A stretch of 64,000 nt of DNA from Monocercomonoides exilis PA203 (taxonomy: Eukaryota > Protista > Preaxostyla): the NCBI GenBank assembly GCA_001643675.2, contig LSRY02000008.1, positions 1,860,001 to 1,924,000 on the forward strand, read 5' to 3'. The notes beneath the pieces were generated by a model, which made no database searches, had not been told where the DNA came from, and saw nothing but the letters and a program-made list of their open reading frames with translations. Every line of letters begins with the position of its first letter. The stretch's first letter is position 1. Shown here piece after piece: positions 12,833 through 25,200 of the stretch. The translations under genes were made by a program, and so were the position numbers.

Positions 12833-13629
12833 AACATTCAGAAACTCGTTTTTTTTCGGATTTTTTGTGATAGAATGATTTAACATCAAAAAATAAAACA
12901 TTCTAGGGGTGAATTTTCCATTTTAAGAACACTTTTTTTTCGATGAAAAAAATCAAATTTTCGAAAATATTATGGTTATGATCAAACTAATTTCTAATAA
13001 TTTCAATAAAAATCAACTTTTTTAAAGAATAATTTAAAATTTTTTATATAATTCTTAGCTTTCTTTTTTTATTATGTAAAAAGAAAATGACATAAGTTCT
13101 CAATTCATTTTTATATTTATTTTTTTCTCATTTCATCTTGTGAAATCATTAAAACACACGTTTTTTGTGTGTGAAAAAGTGATTTATAGATTAAAACCCT
13201 AACCCTATTAATAAAAATATGTACAAAAATAAAACGCAAACCTTTAAACCTAATATTTCGATTCAAAGGAAAACCCTAAAGCAGAACGAAACAAAGAAGT
13301 TCATTTTCACTACATTTTTTTCCTTTCAAACTTTCAAAACATTCAAATATGAACTTCAAACATCTTTAATTCACTTCATTAGAATGGAATGATTTTTTCA
13401 AACAAATCAAATTGTACCAAACTATGAAATTTCGAAAAATCGTTCAATTTTCAAATTTAAATTATTAGAAATTTGTTTGATCACAACCATAATATTTTCG
13501 AAAATTTGATTTTTTTCATCGAAAAAAAAGTGTTCTTAAAATGGAAAATTCACCCCTAGAATGTTTTATTTTTTGATGTTAAATCATTCTATCACAAAAA
13601 ATCCGAAAAAAAACGAGTTTCTGAATGTT
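12833..13629. mobile_element. MITE B (797 bp) with ~170-bp TIRs and a 9-bp TSD (Mutator-like non-autonomous element)
   Basis: Termini AACATTCAGAAACTCG...CGAGTTTCTGAATGTT. Direct repeat AATTAAAGT at 12824-12832 and 13630-13638. Confidence 0.8.
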
Positions 13630-13840
13630 AATTAAAGTTGTGATTAACCATATGTGACGAAATTTTTCAGTTTATGAATTTTGTTCCATTCAGAATTGAC
13701 GAATAAATATCTCATTTTATTAATTTTTCCGAACAATTTTAATGAAAATGTTTGACTTGTTAAGGCATGAAAATAGAAAAAGTTTGGAACAAATCTTTGT
13801 TTTTTTCATAAAAGCAAGAATTTTGTCCCATATACCATTG

Positions 13841-13896
13841 GTGGAAAACCCGGTAGTTAGTGGAAAACCCGGTAGTTAGTGGAAAACCCGGTAGTT
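13841..13896 (+). repeat. 3 x 19-bp tandem repeat GTGGAAAACCCGGTAGTTA (left end of element C)
   Basis: Directly visible; mirrored at 15721-15776. Confidence 0.95.
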
Positions 13897-15720
13897 GGTT
13901 ATTCGATATTGTCAATTTTTTCAACGTCAAAGTCATCTCAATTAATTTTTAACATTTTTATTTTTGTTTTGAAAGGTGTTTGTGATAAAATATTTAATGA
14001 TTGCAGAAAAAACTTTTCGAAATTTGGAGAGAAAATTATTGACTTTTATTTGATCAAAACCATTAAAATATGAAAAGCATGCCAAAAACTCAGCTACAGT
14101 GTGTAGTTCATGTATGTCAATAATATTTCATTAAGCAATTAATAACAAATTATATTTCTCTTACTATACATCAATTTTTTTAGTGAACGAGCACACAAGC
14201 TACATGTTTTGATTGGAGCGTGCTTTTTGGTTGCAGGCTTTCCAAAAGAAAGGTTACGGTTTGTTATTTTTTTGTACTATGTTTATTTTTTTATATTTTG
14301 CGATGTAATTAATTAAATTCTTTAAAAGAAAATGTTTATTGCAATATTGTTCGACGTGAGTATTTTTGAAGTTTATGAGTGTTTAATTTGTGCAACAGTT
14401 GATAATACTTTGGTTTTATGTTAGTTATACAAAATTCTAATTGTAATTTAAATTGTGATTTGTTTGAATAAGTATTGATTGTTAATTTTGAAAAATATTA
14501 TCATTTGTACTTTCTTCAATTCTTTTTATACACAACTATTTTTCTTGTTTTGTTATTAAATTTCTTGAATTCAAACTCAATACATTATTCCAATTGATTT
14601 TATATCTCAAAATTCTTTTTGTCACATAAATATAAGATAAATATATTTGTTTCAAATATTTACAATTTTTTCTCAGAATAAATGAAATCAATCGCTGAAA
14701 TATTTATTGTGGATATTAGAGTAAATATTAGAGAAATAACCTTTTGAAACAGATTCAAAAATTACACATTATTAAGTATTTTTGAAAATTAATTCAATTT
14801 TTAAGAAAAATGAGATTTCTTTCATAAATCATTAAAGAGCGTAAGCTGTTTTTATGATAAACGTTTAATTTATGTTAAAATAGAAAAAATATTGTGAAAT
14901 TACAAAATAAATTAAGTATTTCATATGATTCTTGTATTCTGAGAAAAAAATTGTAAATATTTGAAACAAATATATTTATCTTATATTTATGTGACAAAAA
15001 AGAATTTTGAGATATAAAATCAATTGGAATAATGTATTGAGTTTGAATTCAAGAAATTTAATAACAAAACAAGAAAAATAGTTGTGTATAAAAAGAATTG
15101 AAGAAAGTACAAATGATAATATTTTTCAAAATTAACAATCAATACTTATTCAAACAAATCACAATTTAAATTACAATTAGAATTTTGTATAACTAACATA
15201 AAACCAAAGTATTATCAACTGTTGCACAAATTAAACACTCATAAACTTCAAAAATACTCACGTCGAACAATATTGCAATAAACATTTTCTTTTAAAGAAT
15301 TTAATTAATTACATCGCAAAATATAAAAAAATAAACATAGTACAAAAAAATAACAAACCGTAACCTTTCTTTTGGAAAGCCTGCAACCAAAAAGCACGCT
15401 CCAATCAAAACATGTAGCTTGTGTGCTCGTTCACTAAAAAAATTGATGTATAGTAAGAGAAATATAATTTGTTATTAATTGCTTAATGAAATATTATTGA
15501 CATACATGAACTACACACTGTAGCTGAGTTTTTGGCATGCTTTTCATATTTTAATGGTTTTGATCAAATAAAAGTCAATAATTTTCTCTCCAAATTTCGA
15601 AAAGTTTTTTCTGCAATCATTAAATATTTTATCACAAACACCTTTCAAAACAAAAATAAAAATGTTAAAAATTAATTGAGATGACTTTGACGTTGAAAAA
15701 ATTGACAATATCGAATAACC

Positions 15721-15776
15721 AACTACCGGGTTTTCCACTAACTACCGGGTTTTCCACTAACTACCGGGTTTTCCAC
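15721..15776 (-). repeat. 3 x 19-bp tandem repeat (right end of element C)
   Basis: AACTACCGGGTTTTCCACT x3, the reverse complement of the left array. Confidence 0.95.
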
Positions 15777-16239
15777 CAATGGTATTTTAATGAACATTTA
15801 ATTCAAGAAATTAAAATTGATAGAATGTTTTTTGTTCACAAAAGTTAATGCAAATTTGAAAATTAGAAAAATTTAAATCCTCTTTTTTCTCGACAAAGAC
15901 TTCCCAGCTCGACCGACAAATAACCTGAAATTTTTTTGTTTCGCAGAGGCTTAATCCAGACTTTTTCTAATAATTTTTTTTCTTAATATTTTCATTTTGA
16001 ATATTTGTTTTTTTCATTGTCATTGTAAATTAATATGCATGAACGATAATAATAATCCTCAAATTTTCAACAGCATTCATCATTAATTATGTGAAGTTCA
16101 TTTTCCTTTCTTATGCAATGCCAAAAAAAATTTCTCAATATAAATCATTTGACACGATTTTTTCTTTTTAGGTTTAGATCAAAATTGTTTTGTTGACTTT
16201 TTCGGTTTTACAGGAGAGAATTTGTTATATATTGCTACA

Positions 16240-19200
16240 ATGCGGTTAGCCATTTTTGTTTTTGCACTTTGTTATGCAGTAGCTGCTCAACTCGTTCCGC
16301 TGAGCCAAGAAAAAGCTGTAATTAAGTCAAATCAGCAATTTTTGCCAATGGTGCTTTTAACAAATTCTTCCCTGGAAAGCACGAACTTGTTGCTCGATGA
16401 AAGAGGATGCTCAGCAATTTTCTCAGTGGACAAGAATTCGATATTGTCGTTGAACCGTATTACTTCATTAAAACCAACTATTAATTTGCACCCAACTTGT
16501 ACATCAAATGGCCAATGCTTTTTCGTTAATTTTTCCGTTGTTTTTGAAGCAAATTGGAATCGTTCAATTTGCAGTTTGGCGTGGCTTTCTGGTGGAGCCG
16601 GAAGGTCATCAGTTTTATTTTCATCATTTAATTCTTTGGTTTTTTGCCCCTCGAAATCTTCTTCGTTTGCCTGCGGAGGCATCGGAGATTTTGAGTCCGT
16701 TGAGGGATGCGCCTTTTCGAATGTTACAGCAAAGGAAGAACCCATCAAGGAGCTACAAATGGCCGATCATTTATCCGCTGTTAACTCCTCTGTGCTTTAC
16801 AACAACACTTTTTTCAGTTGTGCAGACGTTTTCTACGGAACTGTTGTACACGGATTGTCGCCCAGCTCGCCGGCTTGTGATTTTCGATCATCTTTCGACC
16901 GCTATATTCAATGCACTCATTCACAATCAACTGAAAAATCATCAAAATTTTACATATCCCGAACTGACCGCGTTACAATGGAAAAACAACATGGCATATT
17001 TGAAAATGAGGAATGGATTGAATGCAAAGGTCAACAGGGAGGCGCAATATATTTTAATGGATATTACATAACGGTAAATTGGGATCTAAATATCAGCAAC
17101 TGCGTTTTCGAAAAATGCCATTCAGATGATAAAGGTGGTGCAATTTTCGTATACAAGATCTACAAGCATACTTGTTCAGCTTGTCATTTCTTTGGAAACA
17201 CAGCTGTGAATGATCCGCAAGACATTTACGTTGCAAACACCGATTCACATTATGAAATCGCAAATTTTGCATTTTCGAATTCTTATTCAACGACAACTGG
17301 CTCTCGATTTGTTATCAATGAAAAGGGAGATTATTCAAATTATATTGCCACAATGAACGAGCAGAGAAAAATTAAACACTCTGGGGCTGATGAATGGGGA
17401 TGCGGATTAGGAACCCTTCCATGTCAAACAATCGCGTATGCGTATTCAGCTATGAGAACAAAGTACATAATGCCAATGCTTTGTGAAGAAGGCACATATA
17501 CGCCCCCAACTCTGACGATTTCAGAAAAGCCGCTGACATTTTCAGGAGCAGGAATAGACAAAACAACGATTGGAAACTCATATGCAAATAATGCGATTTT
17601 TATGGTTAGCGGAAACGAATTGGTTGTTCAGAATTTGTGTTTTCTGCTTTCAACTGGCAGTACAAGAATACTGAGAATGACAAGTGCCTCTTCATTTTCC
17701 TCTTCGGCTCACTCATCAAACGAACCCAACGCTTTCTGTTCATCAAATTCTGGTCAAAGCACTTCTCAGTTTGAGTCAATCAAAATCAATCAAACGGCAG
17801 ACAAAGAGCTGTCTGCAGCGCTGTTTTCGATTGAGTCTGGGCAGTTTTCTGTGTCAAAGCTAACAGCAGTTAATATTAAGCTATCATCTTCTTTCTTTTC
17901 TCTCTTTTTCTTCTCTTCTTGTGACAATCCTTCAATCAGAGATTGTGTGTTCGATAATATTTTTTCATGGTATTCTTCTTCCATGTCAATTTATTCTCCT
18001 ATTTTTACTCAGCTCAGCTCATCAAATCTGGCGCTTTCTCTTCAAAACTGCTCATTCAACAATATTTCTTCCAGAGATTGTGCAACTGGTGGATGTCTTG
18101 CATTCTATGCGAAATTAACATCATCAAGTGATTCTTCAATTTCGAATATTGCCTCTTCTTTCAGCATTCGCAACTGTTCTTTCAGTTTGTGTGCATCCAA
18201 GCCTGCAAACAGCAAAGGAGGTGCTATTTATGCGAATTACGGTCAGTCAAAGCCAACAGAATCAGATTTTTATGTGTTCAACACGAGTTTCAGTTCAAAT
18301 CAGGCAACTTCTGGAGGTGATTTGTATTTTGTGTGCTTAAACTTTGAAGAAAGCGTTAATGAAACGCTGTTTGGCTTTGTTTCAACGGCAGAATCGAAAA
18401 GAGGAATTCACATGTCAATTTATGGAGATGATTTCAATTATTTCCAAGGTGATCCAATTGATTTGAGGATATTCCTGAAGGGTTATTTTGCAATGACTGT
18501 GTATGCAGCATCTGGCTCAGATAGCATCGACAGAATTTTCTGTGGAGAAATCCGTCGCAAATGCTCCACTGTGAACTATGCACTCGGAAGATTGACAAGA
18601 CCTTCTTCTTCTTCGTCGTCGTCTTCTCCTTCAAATGGACAAAGAACTGTTTATATTTCAGGTGCTTCAACAGTCACTTCTAGTGGAAATCTGTTAAATT
18701 CAGTTTCAATAACACCAGAACAAAATTCTGCTTCAAAATCTTCATTTTCATCATCATATTCTTCTGAACCTTCTGGATCTGTTAAAGCCAATCTTCGTAT
18801 CCCATCTTCTGTTACTGGTCAAAGCAGCTATATTTTCCACTCCTCGGATGAGACTTCATTGAATAGCCTTGCATTCTCAATTGCTCCATCAGTTATCGAT
18901 GAGGTTAAACATCTGCTTCAATCGCTTGTTTCTTTGCAAAATGGAATATTAACTTTGAGTGACTGCTCGTTTCAATGGGACGAGTCATCATTGTCTAATT
19001 CTTATTCCTCTTCTCTCATTCTGATATCATCTGAGCAAAGATCAGATGCCAAGCTTGTTATCAACCAATGCGCCATCAGCCATTCTGCTCCTTTGGCCAT
19101 TTCTGTTCCCATCTTTGATCTGTCGCAGGGTTCAATCAGCTCCCAATTGACTTCTGTTCACATTCAGAATGTCACATCCAGCAGTCGAAGCTCAGCTGTC

Positions 19201-22200
19201 TTTGCGTTTAAGTCTATTTCTTCTTCTTCTTCTTCTGATTCTTCTTCATCGTCTTCAGCAGCCAATCCACAGACCTCATTTTCTCAGTGCAGTTTTGCCA
19301 ACATCAAAGGAAGCGAAGGCACAAATGCACTTTTTTCGACAAGTCCATTGATGACAGGCTCAGTTGTGTTTGAGCAGTGCAACTTGACAGATTGTGTGGG
19401 AGCCAGTTCGACTGAAGGAGGAGGGATGCGATGGGATGTGTGTGGCTCAGAAGAGATGAAGATGATCAATTGCAACATCAGCAGCTGTGCTGCCAAAGAG
19501 AGCCCTGGAAGCAGCAGAGGCAGCAATGAAGACAGCAGCAAAGGCAGAGGAGGAGGCGTCTATCTGATTCTGAATGGGTCTTCGAGCGACTTCCTTTTTG
19601 AGTCGTGCACTTTCTCAGGCAACCGGGCAGAGCTGGGCAGAGACGTGTTCATTCAGTGCGCGAAGTTGTCGCAGGCAGCCGATCTGTCGAAATATGTGGA
19701 TGTGTTTTCGAGTGCATTCGACGCAGACAACTCGTTCTTTGGAGCAGAAAGTGCAACATTGTCGAATACTGTTGATCTGCTGGATGCGATGCGATACAGA
19801 AGCACAGTTGTGTTTGTGTTTGGCAAAGCTCCTACCACTTCTTCTTCTGTCACTTCTTCTTCTTCTTCTTCTGCCATCAATTCTGACCCAACTGATCCAG
19901 CCAGCCAAACAGGCATCGACTGGTTCCGCTGTGGTCCCTCGGATGATCCGTGTGAAACGATCGATTTCAGTCTGAAGCAAAAGGCAGCACCAGAACCAGA
20001 AGCAAAAGAAGCAGCAGCAGAAGAAGATAAAATGCAGACGATAAAAGTGAAGGAGTCTTCGTTCATCAAAGAAGAAATCGATCTTTCTGACTCGATTTTG
20101 ACATCTGCAGAAGAAAACGCAGAGTGCAAAGTGGATTTTGTTCAGTCGATTCCAAAGACAACAGGAATTGCCATCACAAACACAAAAACAATGAAAATCT
20201 CTCATGTTTCATTCAATGTTCCAACTGCATTCACAAATGGCATGACGCTCCTGATTTCGTCGCAAAGTGGAACAACATCGTTAGAATCATGCAATTTCTA
20301 TTTGAATTCATCTTCTTCATTTGCCCATTCAAATGGTGATGATGCTGATGCTGATGCTGATGATGCCGTTTCCTTCTCGTTTCCTCTTGTTGGGGTGTCT
20401 TCGGGTGTGCTGTCTGTTGTCTCGTGCTGCTTCGGCTCAAACTTGGCAGTCAATTTTGGTGCAGCTGTGATGGAAATCAGCGACTCAGTCGACTTCACCT
20501 TTGACACAGCGACATTTCAGAATTTGTGTGTGCATTCTGATTGTCTCTTCAACGTTGTGCATTCAAACGAGGCTTCTCTGCTTCATTCGACGTCTGCTTC
20601 TGCGTCTGCTTCCTCAAGAGCACAAACAGAACAAACAGAAGGAGAAGGAGATGTTTCTGATGAAGACTTTTCAGAGTATTCATTCAAATTCCTGAACTGC
20701 ACATTCAACTCGATCTCTTCAGTCTCTTCAGCTTCTTCGGCTGTTCAGACTGGAAAAGCGTCGCTTCTGTCGCCTGAACACGCTGCGGGTGTTGTTCTGT
20801 CGAACTGCTCTGTCTCCACATGTCTCTCTGAAGGATCCCTCGAAGGAGGAGCACTTCGCCTGTCTGCCTCGTCTCAGGCGCCGTTCACTCTGAAGAAGAG
20901 CAGCATCAGCAGCTGTGCATGCGAAACAGCCAGCGGAAAGGGAGGATTCTTGTTCCTCTGCTTGGACGGAAGTGATGCAGAATTCAACTTCGAAGAGCTG
21001 ACTTTTTCTGGAAACGAAGCAAAAGTGGGAGAAAACATGTTCCTCGCTTGCACAGAATTGAATGCTTCGATCAAGACTTCGAAGTTCAACTTTGATTTCT
21101 CTGATTTTGCTGGCAATATCAACGCCTTTGTCGGCAACGACACAAAATATGGAAATACGGATCTGACCGTGTTTCTATTTGCTTATTTAGGAAGCACAAT
21201 CAACGTTGGCTCTGAAGGATTGGATTCAGATGGGTGTGGTGCACATGTTCCATGCTTCTCATTTTGGACATCCATAAAGCATATTGACACAAAAGCCACC
21301 AACAAGCGAATAATCATAACCTCCTCAACAGACATTGAAGACGAACACGACATTTCTGGCCTGACAATCTCGTCGCAAAGTGCTTTGGACTCACTTTCTG
21401 ACTCGCCTTTGCCTTCTTCAACGCTTTCCATTCATTCCAAACTGAACACTTTGAACAATTCACAAAAAGGTGTGCTTGTCAATTCTCGCAGTGCCACAAT
21501 AGAAGATGTTCTTATTTCGATTCCTTCGTCCTTTTTGGATGGGAGTTCTGCTTCGATCAATGAGAATGTGCTGTTTGCGAGTGAATGCAACGATGCAGCA
21601 GATTTGGCAGGGAGTGGACTGAGTCTGACGAAATGCTCATTCCAAAAGCAGACAGATGAATCTGTGAAGTACAAGTTGGTTGCTGCAATGAAAGGGAAAG
21701 TGTCTCTGTGTGATGTGTGGGTGGAGGAGATGGCATTCAGCTGCTCTGCATTTGCATTCAGTTCAGGTGGTGTTTTGTGGTTTGAAGAATGCCATTTTGC
21801 ATCAGTCAATTTGGAGCAGAAATCTTTCATGGAAATGTTGGAGGTGGAAACACCAAAAAATGAAGGAGAAAAAGAAGGAGAAGGAGAAGGAGATTCATCA
21901 ACAGCTGTTCTTCTGTTGAACGCTTCTTCATTCAGCAGCATCAACAATGGAGCATTGAATCCGTGTTCTTCGATGTTCTCTCTTCAGAACAGCTACGAAA
22001 TCGAAGTTGTTGGATGCACGTTCCAAACACTGGGCTCAGAAGGATGCAAAAAGGGAGGAGCGATGTCTTTTGAGCTGAAAGGGGTAGATGGACAGCTGAA
22101 GATGAGGAACGTGGGAGTGACGGACAGCATCTGCAGCAGTTCTGAAGGATGCGGGGGAGGAATCTATTTGACATGTGCAACAGACAACAATGACCGATAT

Positions 22201-25200
22201 TCATTTTCAGAGATAAGTGTTGGAGGAAACAAGGCACACCAGGGAAGAGACATGTTCATTGTGGCGAATGATCTGAGGAAGGGAGTGAATTCTGAGTTGT
22301 TTGCATTTGCAACACAATTTGAGGACAAAACGAATGCGCTGGTTGGGTTTGATAGGAGCTATTTCAACGAGGCAGTTGATCTGATGATTTTTGTGGAAGG
22401 TTTTGTGAGTGCATCTGTTCTGGTTGAGGCGCCAGCAGGGCAGAACGAGGTGTTTTGTGGGAACAAATATGTTCCGTGCCAATCGCTTGACTATTCTGTC
22501 AATCGACTTGCAGAGAGCAGTGCAGATGTGCCACATCGGGTGATCACTGTGAAATCGAATGGCTCGATCGAAAATGACATTTCACTCAATTCAGTCAATG
22601 TTCTGTCATTTGGCAAAGAAAACAGCGGTATTAACATCAGCACCAATGTTCAGTTTGCATCTGGGAGTGTTGTTTTATCCACAGCCGCTCTTTCGTTTTC
22701 TTCGATCGATTTTCACATTCCTTCTGTTTTTGCTATTGATACACCTGAAGGTGCTTCGTTGTTTTCCTCTTCGACAGAAACAGGAAACATCCAATTTTCA
22801 TCGTGCTCTTTCATTCTCACTTCTTCAGAATCGCAAGATGTTTCAAGTTGCGTGCATTTGATCAGCGTTTTGGGTGGAGTTGTGCAGCTTTCTCAATGCC
22901 ATGCAGATTCTGCCTCATTTTCTGTCACGCCTTTTGTGATTTCGCAAACAGCCCAAGCTTCATTCGAGGGAGTTCACTTTACGCATTTGTCATTTTCGAC
23001 TTGTTCACTTTTCGATCTGATTCCTTCAACACCAGAAGAGAAAGATGATTATTCCTCTTCGACCAATCAAGAATCTGAGCCAGCAGAAATAAGCTTCAAG
23101 AACTGTGAATTCACTTCTCTTCATGTGAGTGAGTATGACGAGCAGCCTTCGTTTGGGTATGTACAGCTTGAGACGCATCTGTCGATTGTGAACTGTTCTT
23201 TGGATGATTTGACATCTGCGTTGAGTGAGGAAGGCGGAGGAATGAAAATTGAACTTGGAACAGAAGGAAGCTTCTGTCTGAAGGGAGAAAATTCTGAGCA
23301 GTTAAGTTCTGTTAGCCATTGCACTTGCTCGACGTTTGTCGGAAAAGGAGGGTTTTTGTATCTGAGCTGCTGCAACTCGATCGATGGATTTTCTTTGTCT
23401 GATTTGGTGTTTTCTGAGAATGAAGCATTTGTTGGCGGAAACGTGTTCATATTGAGCTCCGATTTAAATTCCTCTGTTATCATTGAAAGGTTGATGTTTG
23501 ATTGGACTGAATGGAAAAACAAAAATGCTTTCTTTGGGGCAGATGAAGTGAACTTTACAGAAGGCATATCTTTGGACAAGCTGCTGTTTGAGCACACAGA
23601 CACTTCTGTTGTTGTGTCGTCGAGTGGAAGAGACATCCATGGGTGCGGGTCAGAAACGGAGCCTTGCCTGTCATTTTGGGAAGGGATGAGGCATTTCAGA
23701 GAAGGAGTTCAGTTCAGAGAAATCAAAATCAACACAAGTGCTGCCATTTCAGACGAGTGGGACCTTTCAAACAGCTCAATAAGCCCAGCTGTTCCTTCTT
23801 CTCCTGGCTATTCTTCTTCTTCCTCTTCTGATGAGCCTTCCTCTGATGAATGCACAATCAATGTGGGAAAAGCTATTCAATCTCTTTCTGAGCCTTCTGA
23901 GGCTGTGCTCACTAACAAGCTTGTGCTCACATTCACCTCCATCAACTTCTGCCTGCCTTCGTCTTTCGAAACACCACAAAAGGAACTTCTTTTCACAGAG
24001 ACAGGAACAGCCACGCTTAACAAGTGCTCCTTTGCGATGCAGACAACAGAAGAAGGCATTGCGTTTGTGCTTTTCCATGTTTCGTCTGGGACACTTTCGA
24101 TTGAAGAGTCCAAAATGGCCGAGCTCTCCTTTGCGATATCGGCCATCCGACTTTCAGCACCCGCTGCACATTTTGTTGCAAGCGCGTTTTCTGTTGATGT
24201 TCTGAATTTTGCAGATGGATCGTTTATTTCTGTGGACGATGCAGAAGAGAAGGGGAATGAGGAATCAGTGTTATCAGGGAATGGCAAAGAAACGAAAGCA
24301 AGCAAAGAAGCGAGCGAAATCAGACTGGAGAATCTTCAGTGGCATCTCATCCGCAGCACAAATGCGAAGGCGTCGATCATTTCTTATGAGAGCGCGCTGT
24401 CTGTGGAGCTGACGATGGACAACTCGACATTCAGCGACTGCAACAGCGAGTCTCAGCTGGGAGGGGCGTTTTGTGTGTGGATGAAGGAGAAGGCGGGTGG
24501 GCTGGCTGACAGCTGGGCAAATGAAGGAAGTGTGCTGGCGAATCTGTCGTCTTTTGTGACATGTGCGTGCTCAACAAGTGAAGGCAGAGGAGGCGCAATT
24601 GCATTGAACTGCCTGGACGATCCAGAAGATTCAGATGCTCCGTCTGCGGAGAAAGCGAAGGCGCTGCCAATCAAATTTCGGCTGATTCGGTTTTCTTTGA
24701 ACAGAGCAAGTGTGGCGAAGGATCTTTACATTGTCTGCCGATCGATTGCTGAGCAGATCAACGAGGCGCTGTTTGTGATGGACTTCAGCGAGTTGGCCTT
24801 TGACAGAAATAATGCCATCTTCGGGATGGACAAAGAAAACGAGGGGCCAATTGATTTGGTGCCATTAATTGTGTTCTACAAGTCAGAGCGGATATTTGTG
24901 TCGGGAGAGAAAGGGAAGAACGAGAAGGACTGTGGGCGAAGGGAAGACCCGTGTGAGACGCTGAGCGAGGCTGTGCGGCATCTGAACGACGAGCCGTACC
25001 AGAACGTGCTGGTGGTGAAGAAGGCAGCTGTTTCAGCAGAGACAGCCATTTCATCAGCGACAGTGCAGACAGTCGGAGGCAGCCCAGCTGTTTTCGAGTT
25101 CAACTCCGAAATCGCTCAGACAGATGGAAGTGCGGATTGTGTGGTGTCTTCGTCTGAGGAGTGCAGCATTTTGGGGATGGACATCGTCTTCGGCCCCAGC

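Larger units (their letters stand above)
13835..15782. mobile_element. Foldback element C (~845-bp arms, ~254-bp spacer) flanked by TA, with subterminal 19-bp tandem repeats
   Basis: TA|CCATTGGTGGAAAACCCGG...CCGGGTTTTCCACCAATGG|TA. Arms are 13835-14680 and 14935-15782. Identical ORFs at 13879+ and 15544-. Confidence 0.85.

Noticed and set aside
13195-13280. Telomere or interstitial telomeric array
   Set aside because: Only two to three imperfect CCCTAA units.
13841-13896. 19-bp repeats as a CRISPR array or plasmid iterons
   Set aside because: The units are contiguous with no spacers, there are no cas or rep genes, the context is eukaryotic, and the array is mirrored at the other end of an inverted repeat.
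11342-15738. Duplicated 61-66-aa ORFs as small genes
   Set aside because: They are AT-rich chance ORFs that appear twice only because they lie in palindrome arms.
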